Below are positions 38,889-51,932 of a stretch of DNA of 64,000 bases, in pieces. The notes below the pieces were generated by a model that did no database searches, was not told where the DNA came from, and saw nothing but the letters and a program-made list of their open reading frames with translations. Origin of the DNA: Amphiscolops sp. MND2022 (Eukaryota); contig OZ076409.1 in assembly GCA_964187785.1 (NCBI GenBank), positions 45,014,001-45,078,000 of the forward strand. The letters run 5' to 3'. Numbering within the stretch: the first letter of the stretch is position 1; each line of letters begins with the position of its first letter. The translations under genes were made by a program, and so were the position numbers.

Positions 38889-39647
38889 ACCATTTCTTTT
38901 CTTATATTCATTTTTCATACTTGAACTCTCTAATATACCTTCCTTTTCGTTTTTGTCTCGCTCCTTTTTCTAACCCACATTTCTTCGCCACCACTTCCTT
39001 TCTCACAATTCTCCATATTATTTCATGCCTTCTTTGAATGACTCCGTTTGTATTTGTTTAATCCTCCTTTACATTTTTGGTCTTTGCGCAATTGTTTTGC
39101 TCCTTGTTGACAAACTCATCCTGCCTTTTATTCCCCACGCCTTTGAACAATATAGAACATCTTCACTTTAATAATTATATATGTTTCTCACTGAAAATCT
39201 TGCCACTATTATCCTTTTCGTTTCCTATATCTTTGCCATGATGGTTTTTTTGATGCTTCTCATTGAAAAAATCGTTGAATCTCTTTTCAACTAACTTCCC
39301 TTTCTTTTCCATTTTCCCTTTTTTCTTTCCCTATCACCTCCTTGATTTTTCCGCATATTTTATTAACACCTTCCCTATTCTTTCGTACCATTCTCCTTTT
39401 CCTCACTTTGTATGCACCTCCTCTTCCTTCACCCCACTCACCTCCTTGCCCTTTTCCAACTTCTTTTTCTTTCTCTTTTCCTCATAACTACATCCATATA
39501 TTTTTATCCCTCTTTCCTCTCCTTTTACACTTATCTTCGCCTCAAAATCCATCGGTACTTTCACCCTCTTCCTACTGAACCATCTATTCACCCTGACGTA
39601 ATTATGGATTGGATTTGGTTACATTTCAATCCTCATAAACATTCCTA

Positions 39648-42600
39648 ATGACTGATTCACATCTCCTTCTTCCACTTCTTTTCGCCCCAACCTCCTCTCA
39701 ACGTATTACCCGTGATATTTCACACACTCTTCTCCAATTCCTCAACAATCTTATCTATAATTCAACCACTCCTCTTTCTTTTGAAACCTACCCGGAAGAT
39801 ATTTACACTACCCCACTAATTCGTGATCATCATGATTCTTATTTATATTATATTGCCACCCATTCACTTATTCCAAATTCTGACGAACCTCCATTTTCTA
39901 TTCCGTTCACTTCTCCCACAACTCACTGTGATACTTTTCAAAAAAATATCCATCCCAATAATATTCAAATTCCAATCGCCCATGTATTTACAACTTTTCT
40001 AAACAACCTCCAAGAAAAAAATAACCTTCTACCTAAACATGTTTTTAACCCTTCCTCCATTCAAGAACTTCTTCAAAAGAAATCTCTTTTTGACCTTCCT
40101 AATATTGAACAATTTCGCTCTATTGAAAATAATCCTCACCATTGGCTTACCACAGATATACTTCAAATTCATCACTTTCAATATCAATTTTTCCAAAATA
40201 TTACCCTCAATAAAAATACCAAAGAACAAATTTAAATATACTCCCTTTTTCTTCGCAAATTTTTCCGACATAATTACCAACTAATTTGGCATTCAAAATT
40301 TCAAACTGCCTGTCAAAACTTTCCGCAACAATTCACTACTGATGAACTTCTACCTTTCCTCGATACTCCTGATAACCAACATCCCCACTATTATAACCTT
40401 CTTGATTTTCCTTCCTCTCATTTTGTATATCTTACCTATGATTCTAATAGTATTGATAAAAGCCTCAATCTTCCTCCTCCTCTTCGCCCTTATTTCCATC
40501 AACCCAATATTCCTCCTTCGAATGAGACACTTTCTACAGCTTCTATTCAAACTCTCTCTTCCTCGTCACATCCCGTGACAAATCCTACTTCATCTTTAAC
40601 TCGACATATCTCTCCCCCTACTTCTCAAGACACATCTTTAAACCACAACAATCCTCCTTCTACTTCTCAAATCACAACAATTCATAACAATCCTCCTCTC
40701 TCTCATTCACCCAAGCAATATACAACTCCTTCTAACACCCCACCTGCTGTTATTAGTAATCCCGTTCAACATTCAACTTTCCAAATTCCTTCATTAAACC
40801 CAATTCCACTTTCTTTAAATACCACTATGCCTGCTCAAATTTTTCTCAAAATCCTCCATCTTCTTCTACTCAAAACCATTCTACTCTTCAAACAACTTCT
40901 TCCACAACCCAATCTACATCCTATAACCCTTATATTTCTCTTTATCCTACCTTTCAAAATTTCCCCACTAACTCTTTTCAACCCCCTCCAAATCCCCCTA
41001 ATTCGCTCCCTCCCACTTCCACATTATCATTCAATCCTTCTTCCTCTTATCCTTCAATTCCTTTTTCAACCACTCCTTCTGTTCCTTTTGCTGCACTTTC
41101 CGACCCTATTAAACTTTTCGATGGCTTAGATCATACCTATCCTCCAGAAAAATTCTTAGCCCACCTCAGCGCACGTGTTACATTTCAACTTGGACCTCAA
41201 CCTGTCGATATTCACTCATATTTAACTTGGCATTCTCGCCGAATGTCTCTTCTGTATTGTTCCCTCACAGGAACTGCTTCCAATTGGTATGACCGTCTCC
41301 CACAAGTTTATAAAGATGATTGGTCATCCTTTCTTCAAATTTTCAAGAAACAATTCTATTCCCAAAAACACGCATATCATGCTCAAATTGAAGCCCTTTC
41401 CCTTCTTAAAAAGGATAATGAAAATGTCCGTCACTTCGCTCTTAAAGTCGAAACCCTTGTAAAACAAGGTTGGTACAATGAATATCCTTCAACGATTAAT
41501 CTTAAATGTAATGAAATTTTTACCCGTGGTCTCCCTAAAAAATTAAAAGATTTCGCTAACAAACGTCAAGTTAAACATATTTCAAGTTCTTTAGAACCAT
41601 CAATCCCATTTCATTCTCTCGTTAATATGGTTGATTCCGAAGACATTACTCTTGAAAAAATTAAAACTCAAGAACTTTCCCTTGAAATTAACAATTTGTC
41701 TAATACTTTCCAACAGAATACAACAATTCAAGATTCTCCTCCAGAACCTCCACAAGTTCAAGTAATGGATCCTAATAATAAATCAAAACCCCAATTCAAA
41801 AAATATTGTTCATTCTGCCATAAAAATAATCACTCTGTTTCAACTTGTTTCCGCCGTCTCAATATGCTTAAAGAATCAAAACCACAATCTAGATCTCCGA
41901 CTCCCACATTTTATCAACATTTTAAAAATCCTTCCAATAAACCTCATTATTCTCGCCACCGTAGTCGAAGTTATAGTAACCCTCCTCGCAAATCTTCTCG
42001 CGACACTCGTTATCAATCCCGTTCCTATTCACGTTCACATTCACGTCCCCGGTATAATACTAAAACCTACTCCCGAACATATTCGCCTTATCACAATCGT
42101 GATAGATCTCGATATGATAAACATTATAACCATACTCAATATAAACCATATTCTTCTACACGCTCATATTATAGTTCTAATTCCTCCCGTAGTCCATCTA
42201 GATATTACCCTCGTTCTCGTGAACGTTCCTCAAATTTTAACACCTCTACCTTCAACAGATATAATTCTCCTTATCGTCCTCCTTCTAAACCACGTAATGA
42301 TCGCTATCGTAGTAGGTCTCATTCAAACTCGCACAATCATCCTCAAACCCAATACAAACCCTGTATAAATCTTACACATCCATCTACACCACCTCCTCAA
42401 ACCAACTCCCAAACAGAATCTATTTTTGAAATCAATATGTATCATCCTAATATCTCCTCGCCCCAATCTTCTTCCACTTCCTCTGAACATGCTAATGCTA
42501 TTACACCTTCCACTTGGTTCGTTAATCTATATATTTTCAAACCTAGTGAAGATACCTCTATTCCTTCTAAATTAGAACTCTTATTTCTTCTTGACAGTGG

Positions 42601-45600
42601 TGCATCCATTTGTGTTTTAAATTTACCCACTTTTACCATTTTAGCTGAACACTTCTTAAAATGTTCAACACATTCTCCACATCAAAACGAATACAAAACG
42701 TTAACTGTTGCCAATAAATCCGAAGTACCCATTCTTCATAATATAATACTTACACTCCATACTTCTCTTAATGGAAATACTCGTACCCTTGTTATTCCTT
42801 TTGCAGTCGCAAATATTAAGTTCAACATTCTTGGAACTCCCTTCTTCGAAAAATATGTTAAAACTCTTAATATTGAAAACATGTTCCTCACATTTAACAC
42901 TCCACACGAATCTCGTATTAACACTCTCCCTTTTACAGCCCATAAGGAAAAAGATTATCCATATTTTTCATATATATACACTATTAATGTTAAAAACAAA
43001 ATTTATATTAAACCCAATGCATCGCAAATTATTCATTTCCCTATTCAACCGACACTCCCGCTCACATTTAAAACCTCCGACAATGAAGTTATATTTCCTT
43101 CTACACCTCATCCATTTTTTAATACACGCTTCAATTCCACCTTTAATTTTCTTCAAGTCTATCACAATGTTAAAACTGAACCTTCAACCTGTTCTGTCAT
43201 CATTCAAAATATTACACTTCACTCCGCTACCCTTACTCCTGGATATATTGGATATATTGAAGTTCCTGCCACAAACATTCAACCCTCTCACTATAAAGTA
43301 AATGATGTACATTCTTTAATACATTCCGTATTCCATTCTTATTATCCTGATCTTTCAGAACCAAAACCTCCCCGTAGACGTTCTTCTCTCCGCAATCCTC
43401 AAATTGAAATAAACAATTTGCAGCCTTCCCAAATTTTAACACGACCCCTTCCACCTTTACCATATTCACCAGATACCCAACAATTTCTTAACAAATTTAA
43501 ATTTCAATATTCAGATGTTTCTGATGAAGAATATTTACAACTGTGTTCCATTCTTGTCAAATACCGCACATGCTATGCAACACATAAAAATGATGTTGGC
43601 CAAATAGCTACCCCTTTTCGAATTAGCCTTAAACCCAATGCTAAACTTCAAACCCAACGTCCTACCAAAGTTCCTATTCATTATAGGGAAAAATTGAAAA
43701 AACTTCTCGATGAATTAGAAAAACACAATATCATTCGCCAAATTGGTTCCACCCCCTCCGATAAATCCATTTATGGTACCACGTTTTTAAATCCTCTCAT
43801 CATCATCCCCAAAGGAGACACTATTAAAGTTGTTTTAGACGCACGTCATCTTAACTCTAATACCGATCAATCTTTTGAATCTTGGCCTATTGAACCTTTA
43901 GCCCCCCAACTTGCACGCGCTAACAAAAAATTTAAATCCGCTATCGATCTTATGTATGCTTATGCTCACGCTCCATTAGATGAAGAAACTATTACTTTAA
44001 CCAGTTTCTCCTCCGGTGACAAACTTTACGCTTTTATTCCTGGATTTTATGGTCTTAAAGGCCTACCTAATTTTTTTACCAAACAGATGTATCCATTTTT
44101 CCAAAAACTTATTGACCACGGCTTTGCACTAGTCTATATTGATGACATTCTTCTTCTCGCCCATACCAAACCTCATATGTTAAATTTAATAGAACAACTT
44201 CACCAAATTTGTCAAACAAATAATCTTAAAATTGCCCCTGAAAAATCTTTCTATATTTTTCTTACTGTTAAATTTCTTGGACATGAAATTGGCAATAACA
44301 CCATTAAACCTATTTCTTCCAAAATTGATGCTATTCACCAAATAAAAACACCTACTTCTAAAACTGAATTAATGCGCTTCATCGGATCAATGAATTTTTA
44401 CTCTAAATTCATCAATAAACTTCATATTTCTTTGAAACCTTTTTACACTCTTCTCCATGATGACATTTCATTTGAATGGACTCCTGAGTTAGACAAACTC
44501 TTTAATCAAATTAAACTCTCTCTTTCCAAAGATGCAGAACTTGCTATTCCCAATACTACCCATCCATTCTACATAACAGTAGACGCCTCTTTAATAGGTT
44601 TAGGCGCAGTTTTATTTCAACCGAACTCCAAAAACAAAATGCAAATAATTTCTTATATTTCTCGTATTTTAACAACCCAAGAACAAAAACTCTCTACTTA
44701 TGATAGAGAACTTTGTGCTATTACCTTTGCCCTTTCCCAATATGAAGTTATTATTATTGGCTCCAAATTTCCTATAACTGTCTTTACAGATCATAACCCT
44801 ATTCTTTTCCTCTTCACACGCAAAGGCAACCTAACTCCTAGACAATACAAAACTCAAATGCTATTAACCAAATTTTCAAACTTACAAATCATTCATACCG
44901 CTGGTACAAACCTTACTGTAGCTGATATGCTCAGTAGAGATTTTTCAACTATTAATGCTAAAACTTGCCAACTCCACCATAAAACTCTTCCTCCTCATAT
45001 TGATTTCCTACAACTCAAACAAAATAATATTTTGAAACCTATTCATTATCTCGTAAAACATGAAGATGTACTCCCTACACAAAAAAATGATTCACACTTA
45101 ATATTAGCCGGTTATGGTGATGATCAATTTACACTCCGTATCCAAGATAAAGGCAATGTTGTTAAATATACTCCTCGTGACTCCTTTTCTTTTCAATCTG
45201 TTTCCTCATTTTTAAATAAATACAAAAAACCTGTCAAAAACAAAGTTAAAACTCTCCTCCACGAAAACCCTCTTTTAAACGAAACTGATTTATATGACAC
45301 AGACGATCCTGTTCTTAAACAAATTCCTCAACAATATTCACAAACATCTCATGAACTTCACACCCTTTTTACAGAAGTACAACATCACTATTTTAACGAC
45401 ATTAATTTGTCACAAGATATCCTAACCAACTTTATAAACTCCCCTCCTTTTATTAATCATAATCTTCACAGTAATGCTATAACACCAACTTCCCCAAAAA
45501 CCATAAATACTCAATCTTTGCTATTTTTTGACCCTTCCTTCTTTGCCCACCGTAAGGCATTTGACAATTTTTTCCTTCTTTCTGACACCTTCTTAACATT

Positions 45601-47562
45601 ACCCATCCTACTTCAAGCCCAAAAGGATGATCCTGTTCTTTCTACAGTATATACATGGTTAAAACGAACACAGAGACCTCACTCTTTGACCCCAAATATT
45701 AAAGCAATTTCTTTTTTAAATACATATTACAAACAATTCCAACATCTATATCTAGACCCAAACTCTCACCTCATCCAATATTATACCCCCAATTCTCGAA
45801 TTTTTGAAGAAATTTTTATTAAAACTCAACCCTCTATTAACCAGACACGTATATGTTTACCATTTAAACTTTTTTATGCCGCATTTACTAAAACACATTC
45901 TCATTGCCACTCCGGTGAAAAACTCTCTATTAAAACTTTTAACCAATTTTATTTTATTCCTCATCTACCTTTATGGTTCTCAATTTTCATCCATGACTGT
46001 ATTGACTGCCAGACAAACAAGCATTTTCCAATTAAACCCCAAAACATTTCTCCTCCCCTTCCCTTTTATGAAAACGCTACTCACTTTAATTACCGGATTT
46101 CTATGGACACTAAAGGTCCTATTTCCCCATCTTCTCAAAACAACTCCTATATTTTTGTTATTATTGACGCATTTAGTCATTTCGTCGTTACTAACCCAGC
46201 TCCTAACATTAATTCCAAATATGCAATTCAAACTCTTCTCCATCATTGGATCACAAAGTTTGGTCCCCCTCAGTATCTTGTCACAGATCGAGGTACTGAA
46301 TATATTAATCAAGACATGGCTCATCTTTGTTCTCTCTTTCATATTAACCATTCACCTCGAACTCCCTATTCACCATGGACCAATGGTTTGGTCGAAGTCC
46401 AAAATAGAAACCTTGGAACTCATCTCCGGATATTTTTACAAAATCCTCCTACTAACTGGTCATTTCAAACTCAAATGTACGCATATGCTCATAATACAAC
46501 ACCTCTTTCTCAGCTTAAACTTTCTCCATATCAGATCGTTTTTCATACCCATCCTCGCATACCTCTCACCTTTTCCCTTAATCTACCTCGAGATACTCAA
46601 AAAAATTGTATTGCAACTTATTGCGAATCTCTTTCTCCTCATTCACATTATAGTACTCAAGATCTTAACCCATTTTTTCATTCTCTTCTTGACAAACCCA
46701 TCTCCTCGTGGCTTTTAGCAGCTGAAACCGCAATGTTAGAAATATATTCAACTGTTCACCGCCATATAAACCATAAACTCAATTCCCAAAGTTCTACATT
46801 TGAAACAACCCATTTGAAACAACTACCTCTTAATACTTTCGTTATACATACAAACTTTAAACCAGTTAATTTTTCAAAAAGCTCAAACCTCTCCGAATTG
46901 GCCCATATAAAGTACTTAAACATCTTTCTGAAGTAACTTACGAGCTCCTTTCTCAAGATGGCTCTACATTTCAAACTCACCGAAATCATATTCTGCCATA
47001 TTACCCTAAAGAACCTATAATTTTTCCATACATTAAACATTATCATTCTACCCCTTCTCTTATTAACAACCCTGATACTGACTCTTACCAAGATACCTTT
47101 TCTCAATTCTCCTCTTTAGATTTACAACATAATTCTAATTCTTCTCAGACTCCTCCTTCCTCCAAATCCAAACACTTTAACAGCTTCCCCCCTTCCATTC
47201 CTAACTACCAAAACCTTTCACATTATTCTTCCTTACAAGATCATTTAGACCATATTCCTTCCTCTACTACCAAACCTTTACAATCTTCCTCCTCTCAAGA
47301 TAATCTTGATAATACAATAGACTCTCACGATTCAGATTTTGAAATGCTTCCAAATCCTATTTATTATTCAAACTCCTCACCTAACTCTTTCCCTCAGTTC
47401 TTTCCTCGTGTTGCTGATTCTCCTGATACTTCTTCATCTTCTCTACTTGAATCCCCCAACGAACCAATTTACCAACGAGCTCCTCATTCCCCATACAATT
47501 TACGTTCACTCCCTCCTCGACATTATAATTCATCCAAACCAAACATTAGCTTTCCTCCTTGA
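39648..47562 (+). pseudogene. gag-pol: gag-pol of element B (1897 aa intact core 41243..46936; disrupted N-terminus; frameshift at ~46878)
   Basis: Capsid SLTGTASNWY, knuckle CSFCHKNNHSVSTC, RS-rich tract, LLDSGAS, YIDD, VDAS/FTDH, H-H-C-C and D,D35E integrase. RIGPYKV tail continues in frame to 47562. Confidence 0.93.
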
Positions 47563-47808
47563 TTAATATTCATTTTTTATTTGGATTTTCTCTCTCCTAT
47601 TGTCCTCAGTCTAAACTTTTTTAAGTTCGACATGTGACAATCTAATTAACTATTTTCTTCTAGTTCCATCTCCCCATTCTATCTCAGAAACACAAACTGA
47701 ACGGTTGCTCTCATCAAGACTGTTGCTTTCATCAAGACTTGTTGTCATACAGAAACCATTAACATACAAAATTTAATCTTCAATTCTTTTCCTTTAATTC
47801 ATTCATCA

Positions 47809-49236
47809 TTGTCTCTACTTCCAAAACTAATAACTTTTCATCCCTTCCTATTTAATAATAATCTTAAAAATTTGTTTTTTCCTTTTGTTTCCATCCTGGA
47901 TCTCACTGTATTCTTGTCCGACTCCTCCTCTCGAACCTCTTCTACCGTTTCAACTGACATTATACCTTCTTCACAAACTTCTGTATCAACTCAACAACCT
48001 CCTTTAAATCCTATCCCAATTACCCCTTCTTTAGATACCACCCCTGTTAATACTCCAACCCATACTCCTCTTCAAACCTCCGTACCTCAACAAACTCAAA
48101 CTTCTCTAACTCTTCCACTCTCTGACACAGAATTTCCTTTTGACATAACCCCTAATCATTCTCCACCTTCCTCTTCCTTTCATATTCCTGATCCAAGTGA
48201 CATTAACCCTACTCTTCTTCGAAATATTAATAACCCCACTCTTCCTCGATTAAAACTTATCCCTACTTCTATAAAATCTTTTCGCCGTCGCTCCCAATTA
48301 GATAATTCTCTTTCTATCCCTCCACCTTGTTCTCACACCTCTACTAAGTCTTCTTTACCTCCTCCTAAACCTCTTAAAATCCCCGTACTTGAATCTATTG
48401 ATTCACTCCAGAAAAAATCAGATTTGAGTGAGATCGATTCAACTACTTCCTCTCTTCTTTACCCACGTCTTCCACTTTCCAATTCTGCTTCTAAATATAC
48501 AACTTCTTCCTTAGATAATCTTCTTGACACTTCCTCTGAATCTACTATTCGCCCTCCCCTTCGTCATAGATATAATCTCCGTAATAACCGTCGTCCTTCT
48601 CCTTCCCTTGCAAGCACTAACTCTTCTCTTTTACGCCACCACGCTCAATCTCTTTCTTCAGACTCCCTTTCAAACGCAGAAAACACTCCTACTTCTGGAA
48701 TTGACACTGTCTTTTCTCAACGTTCCTCTATTTCTTCTTATAATCATACTGGTCATCTTTTCTCTCGCCCAACTTCTCAAAATTCCAGTCTTCTTTCATC
48801 TGACAATCACTTACTTAACATTGATCTTACCACTGATCAATATTCTACTCCTCCTACACCTAATCGTGTCGATTATCCTCTAATTGTAAATCATACACTT
48901 GTTAATAGCCCTCGCCAAGATCCTCGTTTTCTTTATCTTGCCACTCATAAACTTAATTCAAATCTCCATATTTCCGACACACGTCGTCGTAAAGAATTTC
49001 TCCGTCTCGAAGAACCGAGTCTAGAACTTAAATTTGAAATCAACGTCAAATTCCATAACTTAAGTCCTCATCCCATTCCTTCCCATACAACAGTAAATTT
49101 TAAATCTCTTCCCCATCCATTTATTGCCACCAATCTTAGTCTTTTTGTTAGTGATCATCCACCATTTCGTCTTTTACACGGTTCAATTACTTTTCTTAAT
49201 ACCCTCACCTTTTTAAAATACACTGCCCAATTTTAA
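47809..49236 (+). CDS. Accessory ORF X (about 475 codons, S/P/T-rich; start codon uncertain)
   Basis: Long stop-free frame between pol and env that ends 2 nt before the env ATG. It has no ATG at its start and contains RYNLR. Confidence 0.55.
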   Translation: MSLLPKLITFHPFLFNNNLKNLFFPFVSILDLTVFLSDSSSRTSSTVSTDIIPSSQTSVSTQQPPLNPIPITPSLDTTPVNTPTHTPLQTSVPQQTQTSLTLPLSDTEFPFDITPNHSPPSSSFHIPDPSDINPTLLRNINNPTLPRLKLIPTSIKSFRRRSQLDNSLSIPPPCSHTSTKSSLPPPKPLKIPVLESIDSLQKKSDLSEIDSTTSSLLYPRLPLSNSASKYTTSSLDNLLDTSSESTIRPPLRHRYNLRNNRRPSPSLASTNSSLLRHHAQSLSSDSLSNAENTPTSGIDTVFSQRSSISSYNHTGHLFSRPTSQNSSLLSSDNHLLNIDLTTDQYSTPPTPNRVDYPLIVNHTLVNSPRQDPRFLYLATHKLNSNLHISDTRRRKEFLRLEEPSLELKFEINVKFHNLSPHPIPSHTTVNFKSLPHPFIATNLSLFVSDHPPFRLLHGSITFLNTLTFLKYTAQF

Positions 49237-49238
49237 AA

Positions 49239-51932
49239 ATGTTCTTCCTTTTTTTCAACTCACTCTATTATTTTCTCCCTTCCCTTCTCTTGGTACTTTC
49301 TCAAAATTCTCCATCTTCCGATCATGTAGATCCCAATGATCCCCATATTTCAGACCTTTTAGTCTCTCACTATGATTGCTCTAAACAACATAATTTAAGA
49401 CAGTTTAGTCTTACCCGAGTACAACCATGCGTTCAAGCCCCCTCTGCTTTTGAAACAACACGCGCTATTGTCAATGTTTTCGTTCGTGCTAAAGCTAGAC
49501 GCCTCCGCGCTTGGACGTGTGAAGCATACGTAAAACGAGAAAAATTTGTCTGTGCCCAATCTGATTACAAATATCGTCGTCATGACCGTACGGACTATCA
49601 TCAGAATACCATGGAACGTCCTCGTACTCTTGATCCAACCGAATGTAAACACGCTATTCGTCATTTAAACGGAACTCATAATCCTCAACTCGATGCTTTT
49701 AATTATTCCAATTCTTTTACCTTTTTCAATGATATTCGAAAACAACGCCTTTTAGAAACAAAACAACCTCCTTTTCGTATTACTAAACTCAATACTTATC
49801 ATTATGGTGCTTTTGCTTGGATCACCAATTCACAATTAGTATTAAACTCAACTCTGGAAGAAAAAGCTGTTTGCTGGGACCGCTATGAATATATTATTGA
49901 AAAAGACAGTTGGTCTCTCATTGTAAAAGAAATTGAAATCACTTATGATGACAAAGAAAATAAATTAATATATCATGGACATACTTTACCTTGCCTCCAC
50001 GACGATGGTTTTTGTAAACCAACAATATTAACACCTTTCACCATTGTTTTGTTTCCTGAAGACCTTTGTTTAATTTTCTCTATTCATTCCTTTATTGGTC
50101 GAATGTCTAAACTCAATAACCGCTATTGGCTTGAAACTGAACATTTTTTCAATAATCATTCCTCTACTGAGTCAACCAATTCTCCTTACCACGATACCAA
50201 ATCTCAAACACGTCTTTCTCGCTTTGAAATTTTTCCTGAAAACAAAATGTTTTGCAATAAACCTACCCCCTTACATCTTACGCAATATCCTGACTTGTTT
50301 GTAACGTACACCGAAGGTTTTAATATGCAAACTGGTAAACATAATCCTCTTCAACTTCCTCAAGACGAACAATACAACCAACTAACCACCCAGTTAATAT
50401 CTGGAAAATTAATTCATACTAAAGATAAACTTCTTTTCCCTGCCCTAAATTCTTCGAACAACTTCGCCACCATCGATTATGAAGCTCATATTAACACTAA
50501 ACTTGATTACTCAATAAATCATGTTTTTAAAAGCATGTCTGTTGCTGAACTTAACACTCTTCACACTATATGTGAAGTCGAACGTACTCAACTTTTAACC
50601 ATACTCGCTTTGTCTGTTAAAAATCCACAACTTGGTGGTTTCCTCTTAACTCAAAATCGTAGCAACTTTTTATATGTTGAAGGCTCTACTGCCTGGTTAT
50701 ATGACTGTCCTCATCACCTTTCACCTCTCTATATTGCTGACAAATGTTATGACAAGATTCCTGTCAATTATCTTGACACTGTCATGTATGTAGATCCTAT
50801 TACACGTCAAACTTTTGAATATGCTAACCAAATACCTTGTGAAAATAATCCTCAAAATGTTATTTCTCTTGACCCAGACACCGATCAATATTACGTTCTA
50901 ACTCCTCAACCTATTAAAAAAGATCCCCCTCTTCTTTTTGAACCAACTCAAATTCAAACCGCTATTAGCCCGAATACTTTCACCGCTCAAGACGCTGGCA
51001 TTTATTCACAAAAAGAATTAAAACATTTTTGGAATCGAGTTTTATTCACTAAACACTCTGATAATACTCTCCAGCTTCTCGGAAAAGCTATCAGTTATGA
51101 ATTCATGAATCAACAATCTGACAATTCCTTTCCTAGTAATCCTTATCGATCACTCCGAATTGGTCTTCATGACTACATGTTAAACCTGACCCCATTCTTC
51201 TCTCCTGACTGGTTTACTAATGCTTTCATCAAACTTTTTGGCTATCCATGCTATATTTTAACTCAATGTGGAATATACTTCTCTACTGCTCTTTTTCTAC
51301 AATTCGCTTTCAATGCACTTTTTAGTATTTACCGTTCATTCACTGTTCGAAATCTCCTTAAAAAACAAATTTCCGTAATAACTGCCTTAGGATTTGGTTT
51401 CTTTGGCACTATTACCAAAACCATGATGACTGCTATGATTAAATCAACTCATTCATCATCAGATTCTGATGATTCTGATTCTCCTCATTCCCCTTTAGCA
51501 AACAATAATACCACGTCTTCCAGTTTTAAACCTCGTCCTTCTAAATATCATACAAATATTAAAACAAAACTTCTTAGTTTAAAAAATAAAAATCCCATGA
51601 AAAGAAGTTCACCAAACTCTTCACCTATTAAAACCCCCTCTTCCTCGATATTTCATGCTACTTCCATTAATCCTACACACCCCCCTAACACCGAAGACTA
51701 TTCGCCTCCACCTCCAAATTATAATTCTCACCTTTCATCTCATAATAATCTTTCTTTACAACACTCCCAATTACCTTCATTATCTTCTCCCCCTATTTTC
51801 ATAATTCTCCTCTTCCTGATGACACTAATTGTGATAACTCTTCTACTGATTCCCCCATTCATACTCTCTGGCAATCTACTAAAATTTACCCTCCTACTCC
51901 ACCACCAATTAAAACTAATGACATTCCGTTAA
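49239..51932 (+). CDS. env: Envelope glycoprotein, chuvirus-G/herpes gB-like (class III fusogen); tail probably frameshifted near 51800
   Basis: Signal peptide; HYDCSK...FSLTRVQPC; CEVERTQLLTILAL...NP; CYDKIPV...YVDPITR...IPC cysteine pattern; several N-x-S/T sequons; C-terminal TM; S/P-rich tail. Confidence 0.85.
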   Translation: MFFLFFNSLYYFLPSLLLVLSQNSPSSDHVDPNDPHISDLLVSHYDCSKQHNLRQFSLTRVQPCVQAPSAFETTRAIVNVFVRAKARRLRAWTCEAYVKREKFVCAQSDYKYRRHDRTDYHQNTMERPRTLDPTECKHAIRHLNGTHNPQLDAFNYSNSFTFFNDIRKQRLLETKQPPFRITKLNTYHYGAFAWITNSQLVLNSTLEEKAVCWDRYEYIIEKDSWSLIVKEIEITYDDKENKLIYHGHTLPCLHDDGFCKPTILTPFTIVLFPEDLCLIFSIHSFIGRMSKLNNRYWLETEHFFNNHSSTESTNSPYHDTKSQTRLSRFEIFPENKMFCNKPTPLHLTQYPDLFVTYTEGFNMQTGKHNPLQLPQDEQYNQLTTQLISGKLIHTKDKLLFPALNSSNNFATIDYEAHINTKLDYSINHVFKSMSVAELNTLHTICEVERTQLLTILALSVKNPQLGGFLLTQNRSNFLYVEGSTAWLYDCPHHLSPLYIADKCYDKIPVNYLDTVMYVDPITRQTFEYANQIPCENNPQNVISLDPDTDQYYVLTPQPIKKDPPLLFEPTQIQTAISPNTFTAQDAGIYSQKELKHFWNRVLFTKHSDNTLQLLGKAISYEFMNQQSDNSFPSNPYRSLRIGLHDYMLNLTPFFSPDWFTNAFIKLFGYPCYILTQCGIYFSTALFLQFAFNALFSIYRSFTVRNLLKKQISVITALGFGFFGTITKTMMTAMIKSTHSSSDSDDSDSPHSPLANNNTTSSSFKPRPSKYHTNIKTKLLSLKNKNPMKRSSPNSSPIKTPSSSIFHATSINPTHPPNTEDYSPPPPNYNSHLSSHNNLSLQHSQLPSLSSPPIFIILLFLMTLIVITLLLIPPFILSGNLLKFTLLLHHQLKLMTFR

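Noticed and set aside
42099..46718. Leu/Ile-rich alternative-frame ORFs in element B (e.g. 45804..46718) and short antisense ORFs over genes
   Set aside because: Shadow frames explained by G-poor composition and overlap with real coding frames.
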